From Pristiophorus japonicus (taxonomy: Eukaryota), in NCBI RefSeq assembly GCF_044704955.1, contig NW_027251843.1, forward strand, positions 682,001 through 746,000: 64,000 nucleotides of DNA, read 5' to 3'. Of the stretch, positions 36,755 to 48,904 are shown one piece after another; position 1 is the first letter of the stretch; every line of letters starts with the position of its first letter. A program made the position numbers and the translations under genes. The notes beneath the pieces are model-generated. The model saw only the letters and a program-made list of their open reading frames with translations. It had not been told where the DNA came from and did not search any database.

Positions 36755-38560
36755 TGGATTCCCCTGGATCATTCTCAGTGACTGAGGAAGACTGAGCAGA
36801 TCCAATATGTGGGAATACCGAGCACAGTGTTGAACAACAGGACCTGTTGTTCAACACTGTTTCCATCCAGGTGCAGCAACACCTGGACCCTCCGATTACC
36901 CCATGGCCAAGTTCCCCAGCACACTGAGCGCTTCAGCCCGCACTTTATCACATGGCATCGCAGAGCGGTTGAATCCTTGCGTGGGTTTTGTCTACAAACA
37001 GTTGGATGGTGTCTGCTCTCAACTGGATTATGTTCTTGGAGAGACTCGACAGGGCCTCCTTCTGTTTCTCATTGTTCCCCCACAACAGCAACAACTTGTA
37101 TTTATATAGCGCCTTTAACGTAGTGAAGCGTCCCAAGGCACTTCACAGGAGTATTATGCGATATAAATTTGAAACCGAGCCACATAAGTAGAAATTAGCA
37201 CTGGTCAAAGAGATAGAGTTTAAGGAGCATCTTGAAAGAGGAAAGAGAGGTAGAGAGGCGGAGAGGTTTAGGGAGGGAGTTTAGGAGCTTGGGGGTCTCG
37301 ACAACAGAAGGCTCAGCCACCAATGATTGAGTGATTATAATCAGGGATGCTCAGGAGGGCAGAATTAGAGGAACGCGGATGTCTAGCGGGGTTATGGACT
37401 GGAGGAGATTAGAGAGATAGGGAGGGACAAGACCATGGAGCGATTCGAAAATAAGGATGTGAAATTTGAAATCAAAGCATTACTAAACCGGGAGCCAATG
37501 TAGGTCAGTGAGCAAAGGGGAGATGGGTGAGCGGGACTTGGTGCGAGTTAGGACACGGGCAGCCGAGTTTAGGATCACCTCTAGGTTACGTTGGGCAGAA
37601 TGTAGGAGGCCAGCCAGGAGTTCATTGAAATAGTTGAGTCTAGAGATAACAAAGCATTGATGAAGGTTTCAGCAGCGGATGAGCTGAGGCAGGGGTGGAG
37701 ATGGGCGATGTTGTGGAGATGGAAATAGATGGTCTTAGTTATGTTGCGGATGTGTGGTCGAAATCTCAGACGAATCAATGTGCCCGTCACTTTATGAGAC
37801 CAGTAATGGGCTCCAATTGTAATGTTGCCCAAGCCCGTGACACACAGAAACTGGACAAGTGTAGAGCAAACACCCCAACAATCTGCTCACCAGCGTGTCT
37901 GTGAGCTGCAGCTGTGAAACCCGTGGCGATTTGAACAGCTCTCCGAAGGAGGAAGCCACGGTGATTGGCTGACAGTCTGGGGCGGTAAGGATCGGAGCTA
38001 CCTGCCCTTCCACAATGCCCGGCAGGCTGAGGCCAGTGTATTTCACCATCGCTCTGGCCGGCAGGACAGCCTCCTTGTCGGACTTGCCCAGGTCCATCAT
38101 CTGGTCCCATCCCCCCCTTTTCACCGTGTCCTTACCGACTGTTTTATTATTGGTCGGAGCCAGTGGGTCCTTTCGTGCCCCCACACAGTCCATGCCCATC
38201 TCTGCTTCTCCATGTTTCACAGCCAGCTGAGAAATCTCTCTGGTTGGATTTGCCGTGGGGAGCAGTACCATTGAGCAGAGAAACATTAACACAGGGGTTG
38301 AGATGAATGAGCAGGGCGCAGAATAACAGCGGGAATAATGTAGTCACTGCCTCTGCCAGCTCGGGCGTAGTTTTCAGACGGCAGCCAGGGATCGAAGGGT
38401 TAAATAGATTGAAGCTCTCTCCTCGTTGCTCTCTCAGGCACAAATGCACAGTCTGCAGCACTTTTCTGTGATTGGTCCACCCCTGTGGCTTCTGTGTTGC
38501 CATGGTTTCCATTGTGAGGCCAGGGGACATGAGCCCTCAGTGGTGATGTGTCCTGCGGAG
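36755..38560 (-). pseudogene. MROH1: Intronless MROH1-like (maestro HEAT-repeat) pseudogene, split by L2
   Basis: Frameshifted blocks collinear with the recalled MROH1 C-terminal half: AVTTLFPLLFCALL; GGWDQM..ARAM..LP..QPITVASSFGEL; GLGNITIGA; EALSSLSK..RIQPL; VRAEALSVLGNL; LLHL. Confidence 0.75.
37083..37770 (-). mobile_element. L2 LINE 3' fragment
   Basis: HIRNITKTIYFHLHNIA..LSSSAAET; same tail as 13677. Confidence 0.88.
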
Positions 38561-38921
38561 GGTCATGTGCCCATATAAGTCCTGCCCACTGTGTGTGTCA
38601 GTTTAAGGTGGGTGTTGGGGGGTGGAGAGGGGTTGTGTTGGGGTTGGGAGTTGGGGGCGGTGTTGGGGATGGAGAGGGGTGGTTTTGGGGGTGGGAGAGG
38701 GCGGTGTTGTGTATAAGGTTACCAATCTTCAGAAAAGCACAGAAGGAGACCGTGAACTAAAAATTGCTTAATACCAGCTTTTGGAATGAAGCTGGACAAT
38801 TAAGGACATGCTGTGGTCAGGGACCAAAACTGACTTCATGCATAACAACAATGGAGTTGTTACGTGAGGCCCTGAACTTGATTGACCAGGGTGCGGAAAA
38901 CAAGCTCACTGGAGACACCAA

Positions 38922-41813
38922 GGGCTAGAACCTCCACTTTTGAGCTTAGCACCCAAAAATGGCCATGAATTCCAGTGTGGGCGGTAAAAAAGGGTTTTCA
39001 GATCACCGGTTTCGCGCCCATTCTCAAAACACTTAGATTATATCTTTGAAAATGTGCGTTACCGCGAACGATTTCAAATGGGCGGTAGTGTTAAATTTTC
39101 TGACCTTCTGTTATAAAGTTTGGCCGTCCTGAGCAACAGCATGGCAATGGTCCATTCCCGCGATTCTGGAGGTCAAGGGTCACCATGACATACACAGAAG
39201 AGGAGACGGAGAGAGAGGGAGCTCAGAGGCACTGAAAGCGTGTGTGTCTGTGGTGTGCGTTTGTTTGGCTGTTGTGGGAGGCATGAGGGAGATTCACCAG
39301 CAGCAAAAAGCGCACTGAGCATCAAGAACATAGTTAGCATCGAGTTTTTGTCCCACAAATAACATATAACATGGAAGGGATGGAGGAGGCCCTGGAGCTG
39401 GTAGCCAGGAACACTGGTGGCAGAGGGCTCCCAGTGGTCCCGGAGTGCCGCACTGCACCTCAAGGTGACGCAACCCCATTGCCAACCACACATGAGAGCC
39501 AGGAGCAACATCTGGCTTCTGGCTCGAAGCACGTTCCCACCTTGGGACCGTCCTCTCGCGTTTCCGTCCAAGCAGCGCTTCGGTCATCACCACCCACCTC
39601 CCAATGAAGCATCGCCTGAGAATCTCGGTGGCCAGGCAGCTTGGAGTCAGGAGGGGAAGGGGAAGGGGTAGAGTTGGGGAGGAGAAGCGGGGTGGCTCAG
39701 GGGAAGGGTTGGTTTGTACAGAAATACTGATGATTTCAGACTAATGTTCGGTTTAAATGTTTTTTATTTAACTAAACCTTGCAGCACATTGACTCAGATA
39801 GCTGTGATTCGTTAACATCAAAGGATATAATCACACTTAACTTCAAGCAAAGTAAACTTTAACGGTCAGCAAGGTGATGCCCACAATTGATTTATGACCT
39901 GCACACCCAGCAGTGTGTCAGCCGTGGAAATAACACCAACGTTCTTTCAGGCAAAGCGATCATTGATGAGCTCCTGACGTAAGGCTCTTGCAGCTATCAT
40001 GCCACCATGGGCCCTTTCATGTGGTCTACAGAAGGGTGGGGCATGTCTTCAGCATCAGCCTGATTGTCTGACCCGATGTCAGCGTCCGCCTCCTCATCCT
40101 CCTCTTCCTCTCTCTGGTGAGATGGACTGTCAGGCTCATCAGGCAATTCTTGTCCCCTCCTGATAGCCAAGTTGTGTAGCATGGAGCACACCACCACTCA
40201 TTGAGCTACCTGCTCAGGGTGGTATTGGAGCTCGCCTCATGAGTGGTCCAGGCGTCTAAAGCGCTGCTTCAGCAATCCAATGTTTTCTCCACGATATTGC
40301 GAGTTGCTCTGTGGCTCTCATTGTAGCGCCTCTCGGCCTCGGTATGGGTGTCACGCAGGGGAATCATCAGCAAGGTGGCAAGGCCATATCCTTTGTCCCC
40401 AAGCATCCAGCATTGACCTTGTGTCTCATTGTTAAACAAGTCAGATACAGTGCTCTCACGCAAGATGTGCGCATCATGGATGCTGCTCGGAAATTGAGCA
40501 TTCACTGCCAGTATAATTTGCTGGTGGTCGACATCCAGCTGGACATTCTGAGAGTGGAATCCCTTGTGGAATCCTGAAAACATCAGCATCCTGAAAAGGT
40601 GCCCACATCGCGATGTGCGTACAGTCTATCGCTCCCTGCATCTTGGGGAAGTTTGCAATTCTGGAGAAACCTCGAACCCTCTCACTCTATGCCTCCCTGG
40701 TCATAGGGAAGCTGATCAAGTCCCTCCTGCGTGCGTACAGGGCTTCAGTGACCTGTCTAATGCAGCAATGTGTGGCATGCTGAGAAAGTCTGCAAATGTC
40801 GCCAGCTGTGGCCTGAAAAGAACCCGAAGCATAGAACGATAGTGGCGTGGTGACTTTGACCTCGACAGACAGTGCAGTTCTGATGGTGCTGGCAGGCTGT
40901 AGATCTGCCCTTATCAGCTGGCATACCTCAGTGATAACCTCTTTGTGGAAGCGCAGTCTCCGAAGGCTGGTGGTGTCGGGCAAGTCGAGGTAAGAATGCT
41001 TCTCCTTGTACTTGCGGGGGGTGTAACGTCTGGTCCTCCTCATCTGACTGTTATTTCGTACATTGGGCACATAATGCAATGTCGCGTTCCTTCAGCGATG
41101 TTGAGTCTGCTGCATATATTTGGTCACCAAGAGAGGGTGAGAAAGGACAGGCCCCATTGCAGTAGCTCTGTGTCTGTCACCGATTGCACACAAGCAAAGA
41201 ATGTCCCGACAAGCACACCTCTTCAATTCCAATCGGTCACAGTGTGGTCAAGATGTTTTCAGAGATGTTCACATCAACTCCAACGACCTGCAGAGTACAT
41301 CCGAACTCCGCCGAGGTGAAAGAACGCGACATGTGATCTACATCACGGCGTCCATAACGCTGTGATTCGTTCTGGTTAGTTCCACTTTTTGTGGGCGGTT
41401 TTTTGAGCGAGCGATATTGTGGGCGATATGTGTACGAGGTGGTGAAATTGATGGTGGGTGATCTCCATGGCCGTTACTTTGGGTAAATATGCTGTTCATG
41501 ACAAAAAATAGTCAGCGGGTTAATATTGAATCTCGGCATTAATTCCATGAGGAAAGTAACGCTGGGTGATAATATGGGCGTTGAATTTGCCCATTCTGCT
41601 GATTCCGCCCCAAAAAAGTAGGCGGGCGATAATATTTATTCTCTGCGTTAAGCCCATTGGGAAAGTAACGCTCGGCGACAAGTCTCCTAAAAAAGCCCGT
41701 CAGTTTCCATTTTGTGCCAAAATGGGTGATATCTGGGCATTATATGTCATTTCAGTGGTAAAATGGGTGTTAAGTGGGCATGAAACAGGCAATAAAAGAG
41801 GAGGTTCTAGCCC
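38922..41813 (-). mobile_element. PIF/Harbinger DNA transposon with decayed transposase (about 39960-41160)
   Basis: TIR GGGCTAGAACCTCC(A/T)CTTTT; TSD CAA; HARBI1-like motifs FYASGSFQ, HDAHIL, LGDKGY, YNESHRATRNIVEKT. Confidence 0.93.
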
Positions 41814-42600
41814 CAAGTCTGTAAAAGGACCTGACAACAAAGGAACCACAACAGTTGCACATTTTTTAGGATGAGGTGTTAAGATGAGAAATCAACTTGA
41901 GCCTTGCAGACTCAGTGTGCAAATGGGAAAACAGACGAGTTCATTATTGTAATCAATCAACCAAGGGGACCACAAAACAATGTATTGATGCAAACACTTT
42001 ATCAGAAACCGCAGTGGCGGGAGATCAGTCATAACCTGGATATAAATATGTGAGCTAGAAGCAGCTCAGCAGGAGATGGAACAAGGACAGGAACAGACGG
42101 AAGAAGAAGCACACAGGAGAAGTAGAAGGACACATGTACAGATGGACACAGGTCGAAAGAACGAACAAACAAACGGACGGAAAGACATGTTGTATGGAAC
42201 GTACACAGAAGGAACAGCACTGCAGAGAACGGCCAGAAGAAGAACCAACCGGTCACAGAACCAATGACCACAAACCTACAATGGCTACAGCCAGGAAGGG
42301 CAATTGTATGGTTTCAGTCGATTTCTCTCAGAAATCTAGTCCTGTAGTTTTAGACGGGTTTTGTGCACAATAAAACTGACACTGGGTGAAACCTAAATGT
42401 TGTGCCACATGTTGTCCTTTCCCACTACAAGTTCCCAGGTCGAAGAAACAGAGTAGAGTGAAAAACAAACAACCTACAGAAATTGGTGACCGCGGCAGGA
42501 CCTCGGCTTTGGGAATAGTATCACGGACACATACCAGGGCAAAAACCCTGAGGGAGGCTTGGTTACGTCTAAGGTTGGCTAAGGTGGTCGAAAAGGATCT

Positions 42601-43250
42601 TCTCAAGGGCGGCTAGGGTGACCAGGAGAGTAACAGGGTCTGATAGGCTTGAGTCGTCTCCGTCGATTAGGGTAGCCACTGAGAAAAGAAGTCTCAGGTA
42701 GTTGCTCAGTGGTCTGAGGGAGACCATTGTACTCTCAAAGGCAGCTAGGGCAGCCAGCAGAGGAAGGAACAGTCCTGGGTAGGCTGGAGTAATCCCGGGT
42801 TGACGAGTGTAGCCACCGAGAAAGCCGCAGGTAGTCTGCGAAGGGGTCTCAGGGAGACCAAGGGAATCTCAAGGGTGACCAGGGTAGCCGAAGAGCTCCG
42901 GCTGACTAGGGCAGCCACTGGGAGAAGTAATCGCAGGTAGTCTGCGCAGGGGTGTCAGGGAGGCCAGGGATAATCTCACGGGCGGCCAGGGCAGCCTGAG
43001 GAGAGAAACAGTCTCGGAGCGTCTGGAGTAATCTCGGTTGACTGGGGTGGTCGCAGAGAAAAGTCAATAGTAGTCGCTGATAGTCTCAGGGAGGCCAAGG
43101 GTGATCTCAAGGGCGACTAGGGGACCAGGAGAGAAAGTCTCTGACAGGCCGGAGTAGTCTCGGGTCGACTAGGGTAGCCACAGAGAGAAGCCAGAGTAAC
43201 AGGAACCGCAGGTCACTGCGAGGTGGTCTCAGGGGACACCAAGGTCGTCA
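42601..43250 (+). repeat. About 132-bp diverged tandem repeat in the leader of B
   Basis: TCTCAAGGGCGGCTAGGG-like starts at 42601, 42733, 42867, 42974 and 43105. Confidence 0.85.
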
Positions 43251-43339
43251 GGGAGAAATTCTCAGCCAGAGGCACTGGAAATGGACTCACCGCAGCAAAA
43301 CGTGATAGAGCCCGTGGCTAGAGCAGTTGTAGGAAGTCC

Positions 43340-44940
43340 ATGGAGGCTAAGGTAGCTGGATATATAGGCAACAAATTGGACATTTCAGGGCCATGGGCAC
43401 GGGAAATGCTGCACTCTGGGGATCCGCAGGAAAAAACAGCAGAGTGGACAGTCAGTAGTAACCACAAAGGGTCAAAAGAGAAGGCGGTTTGGCTCATTTG
43501 CCTGCAGAAGCAGACACAACTGTTAAGAGAAAGGGTAGGAAAGCTGGAGAAGGAGAACAAAGGGTTAAAGGGCGAGGTAGGCAGTTTGGAGAAGGAAAGG
43601 CAGGACCAGGGTAGGAAGGAAGAAACGGCACGGAATCACTTTGAGTATTTACAATGCCAGGTGACCGAGTGCAAAAAGCAGCAGCAGACCCACATTGAAC
43701 AAAGTGAAAGGCATTTAGAAAGAGCCAAAGAGGCAGAGGACCAGCTCAGGAGAGTCGATAGCCTATCAGGTAGCTCAAAAACAGGGTTATGCGAGAGCAG
43801 ATCACGGACCTTGTAAGGAAAAGATCCACCAATTAACGGCAGAGTTAGACGGGACCAAAGGGATGGTTTGTCTCAGGGCACCCGGAACAGGCGAGGAAGG
43901 TTGGGATCCAGAGGGGAAAGAGTCAGATGATGGGCCCGAGTATAGCGAGCATCGGCCGGCTCCCGAGGCACCGGGAGCCCCGAAACCGATGTGTCCTTTG
44001 AGACAGCAGAAATTCGGCCCACCCCCGCAAATGGTGGTCCGGCACCATTACAGAGCGACTCGTGATCCCATACACACCGCTTCAGCTGCAAGAGATGCTG
44101 ACGGGTGTGGTACAGTTAAAGCAAGGAGGAGATGCCTCTGTTCATTTTACTAATATAGAGCAGATAGGGGGTATCAGTAACTGCAGCGAGGAGGAGAAAG
44201 TGAAGCTAACACTGCTCTCGCTGGAGGGGAAGCTTTATCAGAGCTTGTCGACAGCCACCAAGTTAGGTGCAGGAACCCCACAGGGCTTAAAGGAGCAAAT
44301 GATGGCAGTGCTCGGGTACAGTCAGGGTAGTCCGTTCTGGCAGGTAGAACAGACTAGGCAGCAAGTAAACGAATCGCCCGATATGTTTGCAGACAGACTG
44401 TGGGCGATTTATTTCAGGGCTGCTGTAGGAAATCTGGTGCGGGCAGATTTAATAGGGGAACCCAGGGACCATTGGCTGAGAACAGTAATGGTAACAGTTT
44501 GCCACGGCTCAGAGCAAAGGTCGAAGTATGGTTTGACCCAGATCATCTCCAGAATACAGAGGCAGGGGTGCTGAGAAGATTAACTCTAGCTTTAAGTCGA
44601 GGCAAGGAGAGGAGGAGAAACTAAACGGGAAGGTACACGAAGTAAAAGGAGAGGTTAGGCCATAGAAAGAATGGAGACAAGAGGGAGGTAATGCAGGTCG
44701 ATCTAAAGGTGAGTGTTTTAACTGTGGGAAGTTGGGACACTGGAGCAAGGATTGTAGGCTCTCTAAAGGAGGGAAGCCAGGGTACGAGGTGCTGAGGCAG
44801 GAAAAGGCCAGAAGAAGGTAGCCGACGACCCAGTGCAGGTTTTAGTGGCCGCATTACAGCAGGTTATGGGCACGGGTGGAGGAAAGCTGGACGCAGCAGT
44901 GGGAGAAAAGGGACCCAATGTGTCGGCACCCCCTTTGTGA
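43340..44940 (+). pseudogene. gag of element B
   Basis: Coiled coil, PLRQQKFGPP, YTPLQL, CFNCGKLGHWSKDC; TGA at 44938-40. Confidence 0.88.
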
Positions 44941-47900
44941 CGGTGCACCCAGCCAGAATACCTGTGTCTGCTCATATATGATGGGTGGGGCAGGTCATGT
45001 GTGGATGTGAAGGTGGAAACAGTTACGGGAAGGGATCTAGTAGATACAGGAGCCTCTAACACGGTTGTCCACTCACCGAATCCGACCACTTCCCCGTGGT
45101 CGAGCGGAGTACCATTTACACTGGTGGGTTTGATGGGTAATGAGCAGGCTGGGGCAGTGTGGAAACCCTTTACCGTAGAGTTAGGACCGAACATAATGAA
45201 ATGGGAGGGCATTTTAATGAAGTGGGAACAGCCCGGTTCGGGAGTTCTCGGGGCCGACTACATGTTGACACACCACACCATAGTGGATATGGAAAACAAT
45301 TGTATATGGGAGGCAGTTGATGCAGATAAGATGGGAGAGATCGTAGTGATTCCCAGGAACAGTACAGACAAAGGCAGCACCTGCACGATGAAACCGAAAG
45401 GGAGTTATGACTGAGAACGATTAGTCGATAACATTCCGGCCCGGTATCAAGGTATGTACGGGAGAATATGGATGCGTTTGCAATGCACAAGCACGATTGC
45501 GGGATAGTATCTAGGGTAGAGGTGAAGATAGATGGGGATTCGATGACACGACCCCAGAAACAGTATAATTTTCCCCGGGAAGCAGAAAGGGATTTGGAAA
45601 CTGCTATAAATTCCCTGGTGGATCAAGGTGTGTTGAGGACCACAGCCACACATGTAAACTCACCCCTATGGCCAGTAAAGAAGCCCGATAACACATGGAG
45701 GGCCACGGTAGATGACCGAATCCTGAATAAAAATATTCCAGCCTGTGCGCCCACGGTAGCAGTGGTAGCGGATTTGATCGGGAGTATCCCTGCGGCCACA
45801 ACAACTTTCACAGTGCTGGACATTTCAAACGGGTTTTGGTCCATTCCCCTGAGATGGGAGGACCAGTATAAATCTACCTTTACCTTTAAAGGTCAGCAGT
45901 ATACGTGGACATGTCTTCCACAAGGGTTTCACAACAGTCCCTCGATCTTCCACCAAAGTATGGCCGAGGCATTAAACGGTTTTAGTCAGCCAGATCGGTT
46001 GGTCCAATATGTGGACGACCTGTTGTTATTCTCCGAAAGTGCGGAGGACCACGGGCCATTATTGAGTGAGTTACTGCATTTGTTGAAAGAAGCAGGTTTT
46101 AAAGTAAATCCCCAGAAAGCTCAAAAATGCAAAGAGGAGGTGCAGTTTCTAGGTTTGACCATTGGGGCAGGAGAAAGGGCCATAGATAGAGCTAACAGAA
46201 AGACAGTCCAGGAACTACCTGTTCCGAAGGACGTGTCTGGAGTAAGTTCTTACCTGGGAATAACGGGTTACTGCAGGGAATTCATAGAGGAATATATAAC
46301 CGTGGCAGCTCCTTTGTTGAGGCTTCTTAGGAAAGGAGTAGAGTGGGAATGGAGTGAGAGTTGTCAGGAAACTTTCATTTGGTTAAAAGAGGTGTTACAG
46401 ACAGCACCAGCGTCGAGAGCAGTAAATGGGGACCAGGACTTTAGTCTGGAGGTAGCAATGACTGGGGACAGTTTGAGTGCAGTGTTACTCCAGGAGCGAC
46501 ACAGCAAGCTGAGACCGGTGGCCTACGTCTCCTGAGTTCTCACCGAAGTAGAAAAGAGCTTTTCGAATTGCAAATGACATCTGTTAGTAATATGTTGGGC
46601 AGTGAAGCATTTTCGGTCGCTCACAGGGTTAGCTACAGTAACTTTACTGACCTGTCACACCACAACACAAATGCTACTGGATGGTAGAATGAAAGATGGG
46701 ACAGTGAGCAGTAACAGGATTGCCCGCTGGACATTGTTGCTTACTCAGTTAGACCTGAAGGTCGAGAGGCCCCGAGCCTGGTTTATCCGGGGACAGCTCA
46801 TGTGTGTTCAGTGGATGTAGATGTGGGATTCTGAGCAGGAGAACACCTGACAGGCAGGGACGTCTATGTAGATGGGTCCAGTTCAGTAATAAACAGAGAG
46901 AGAAAGACAGGCTGTGGGATTTACGATCCTGAGGCAGGGATAGAGAAAGCCATAAAATCCCCAACACTTTAAGTACGCAGCAGACTGAGCTAGCAGCAGT
47001 AGCGTATGTAGTCACACACCCAAACGAATTCCCAACTCCCTGTACGATATGTTCAGACTCCATGTTCATTTCTAATTCCTGTACAGAGTATTTAGCCATA
47101 TTGGCGAGGCGAGGGTTTAAGTCCTCAGATGGAAAATGGTTGGTGATGGTTCCATTGTTAAAAGTCATTTTGGATGTCAAGGGTAGGGACCAGAAGGATT
47201 ACTACATCCAAAAGGTCAAAGCACAATCTAAGACAGAGCCCAAGTGGGAAGGGAATGAGAAAGCAGACACACTGGCTAAAACAGGAGCAGGAGAAGGGAC
47301 ACCTTGGGACCCATGTCACTGTGGACAGATCATGGCTGTAACAGGCAGAGAGGGGCCCAAAGAAGTTCCATTGCCGCCTGATTTAAAACAGGCTCAGCTA
47401 CGGGATGCAAACCTTAGAGCAGCGATTAGGGACAAAATAGATGGGAAGTCTGTAGCGGGACCTTTGGGAGCTGCAGACATAGCAGTAAAGCAAGGAATGT
47501 TGTTCAAGGGAGATAGTTGGATCGTGCCAGGGCAGTGCAGGGAAGAATTCTTGCAGCTGGTGCATGGGGGTCCAGGAGCTGGACATCCAGGGCCAGAAAC
47601 AATGTGGAATAAAGTAGAAGCCGTGGGATGGTGGCCCGGGCTTAGAAGTGATGTCAGGGATTATTGCCAGAATTGTCTGGTATGTGCCACAAACAATCCA
47701 CACCCCCACCGAGGAAGGCTCCGTTGGGACACACGAGGATGGTAGAGGTGCCATGGCAGTCTATACAGATAGATTCCATTGGGCCACTGCCCACCTCAGG
47801 CAGAGGCAATAAATATTGCTTGGTGTTAATACATCTCTTTACAAAATGGGTTGAAGCTTTTCCATGTCGGGCGGCCACCGCGATAGTCACAGCAAAGATT

Positions 47901-48716
47901 CTGGTGCGAGAAGTATTTTCTCAATGGGGGCTGCCCCTGATAGTGGAATCAGATCAAGGGAGTCATTTCACCGGAGCAGTAATGCAGGCCACCCTAAAGC
48001 TGTTAGGGATACAGGGGAAATGGCATGTGGCGTATAACCCCCAATCGTTAGATCCAGTAGAGGACAAACCGGACCTTAAAAGAGAGGCTTAGGAAGGAGA
48101 TAGGAGATACCCCGAAGAAATGGGGTGAGACCCTACCCCTAATACTGATGAGCCACCGAGCCAGTCTCTCTAAGAGTACGGGACACTCCCCACATGTGAT
48201 GATGACAGGAGACTAATGATGACCCCGACCCATATCCTAGCACCAGTCCTGACTGAAACGCAGGTTAAAGAGATCACACGGGACAGGTTTGTCAGAGATC
48301 TGTATGGTACTCTGAAGGGGCTGCATTGGGAAGCAGCTAACAATATGGGCAGGCAGCACCAGCAGGATAAACTGCTGCTGGAACCCTGGGTTACACAGGA
48401 ATGGAGGGCAGGGGATCAGGTAATGGTCAGGAATTATACCAGAATAGCGGCATTTGAACCATTGTACAAAGGACCATATAGCATTGTAGACAAGGCAAGC
48501 CCTATGGTGTACACGATCCAGCTGCCAAAACATATAAAATGGTTCCATATAAACCAGTTTAAGCTGTACAATCCCGGAGAGAAAAGTAAAAAGCGGGCCA
48601 AGGCCCCAGGAACAATAATGAGTTTGATCAGTGTAAGCCTCCCACCAATACTGTGGGATGATGAGGATGGAGAAGTAAGGGATGGAGCAGTAAGGTGGAG
48701 TGGTCAGGTACTGTGA
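44941..48716 (+). pseudogene. pol of element B (PR-RT-tether-RNase H-IN)
   Basis: LVDTGAS; LPQGFHNSP; YVDDLL; LRPVAY tether; VYVDGSS..TELAAV..SDS..GNEKAD; H..H..C..C; WVEAFP; SDQGSHF; GPY. Confidence 0.92.
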
Positions 48717-48904
48717 CCTAGGGTGCCCTGGACACCTCCTCCATCTACACCCCCGAGCCTCTGTAAGCCCAAGCATCGGGATAAAAGGAGAGGGAAGCAG
48801 TGATTGTAAAAAGGAGTTATGTACATTTGTGAAAAACTGAAGGAGGACCTGTGAGGGGGAGGCCCCACAGAGCAAAGGTATTTCTTTCATTTTTGTCTTT
48901 ATAG

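Noticed and set aside
37891-38226. Phase-0 exon of an active host gene
   Set aside because: MROH1-like similarity continues through both apparent splice sites with frameshifts, favouring a processed pseudogene.
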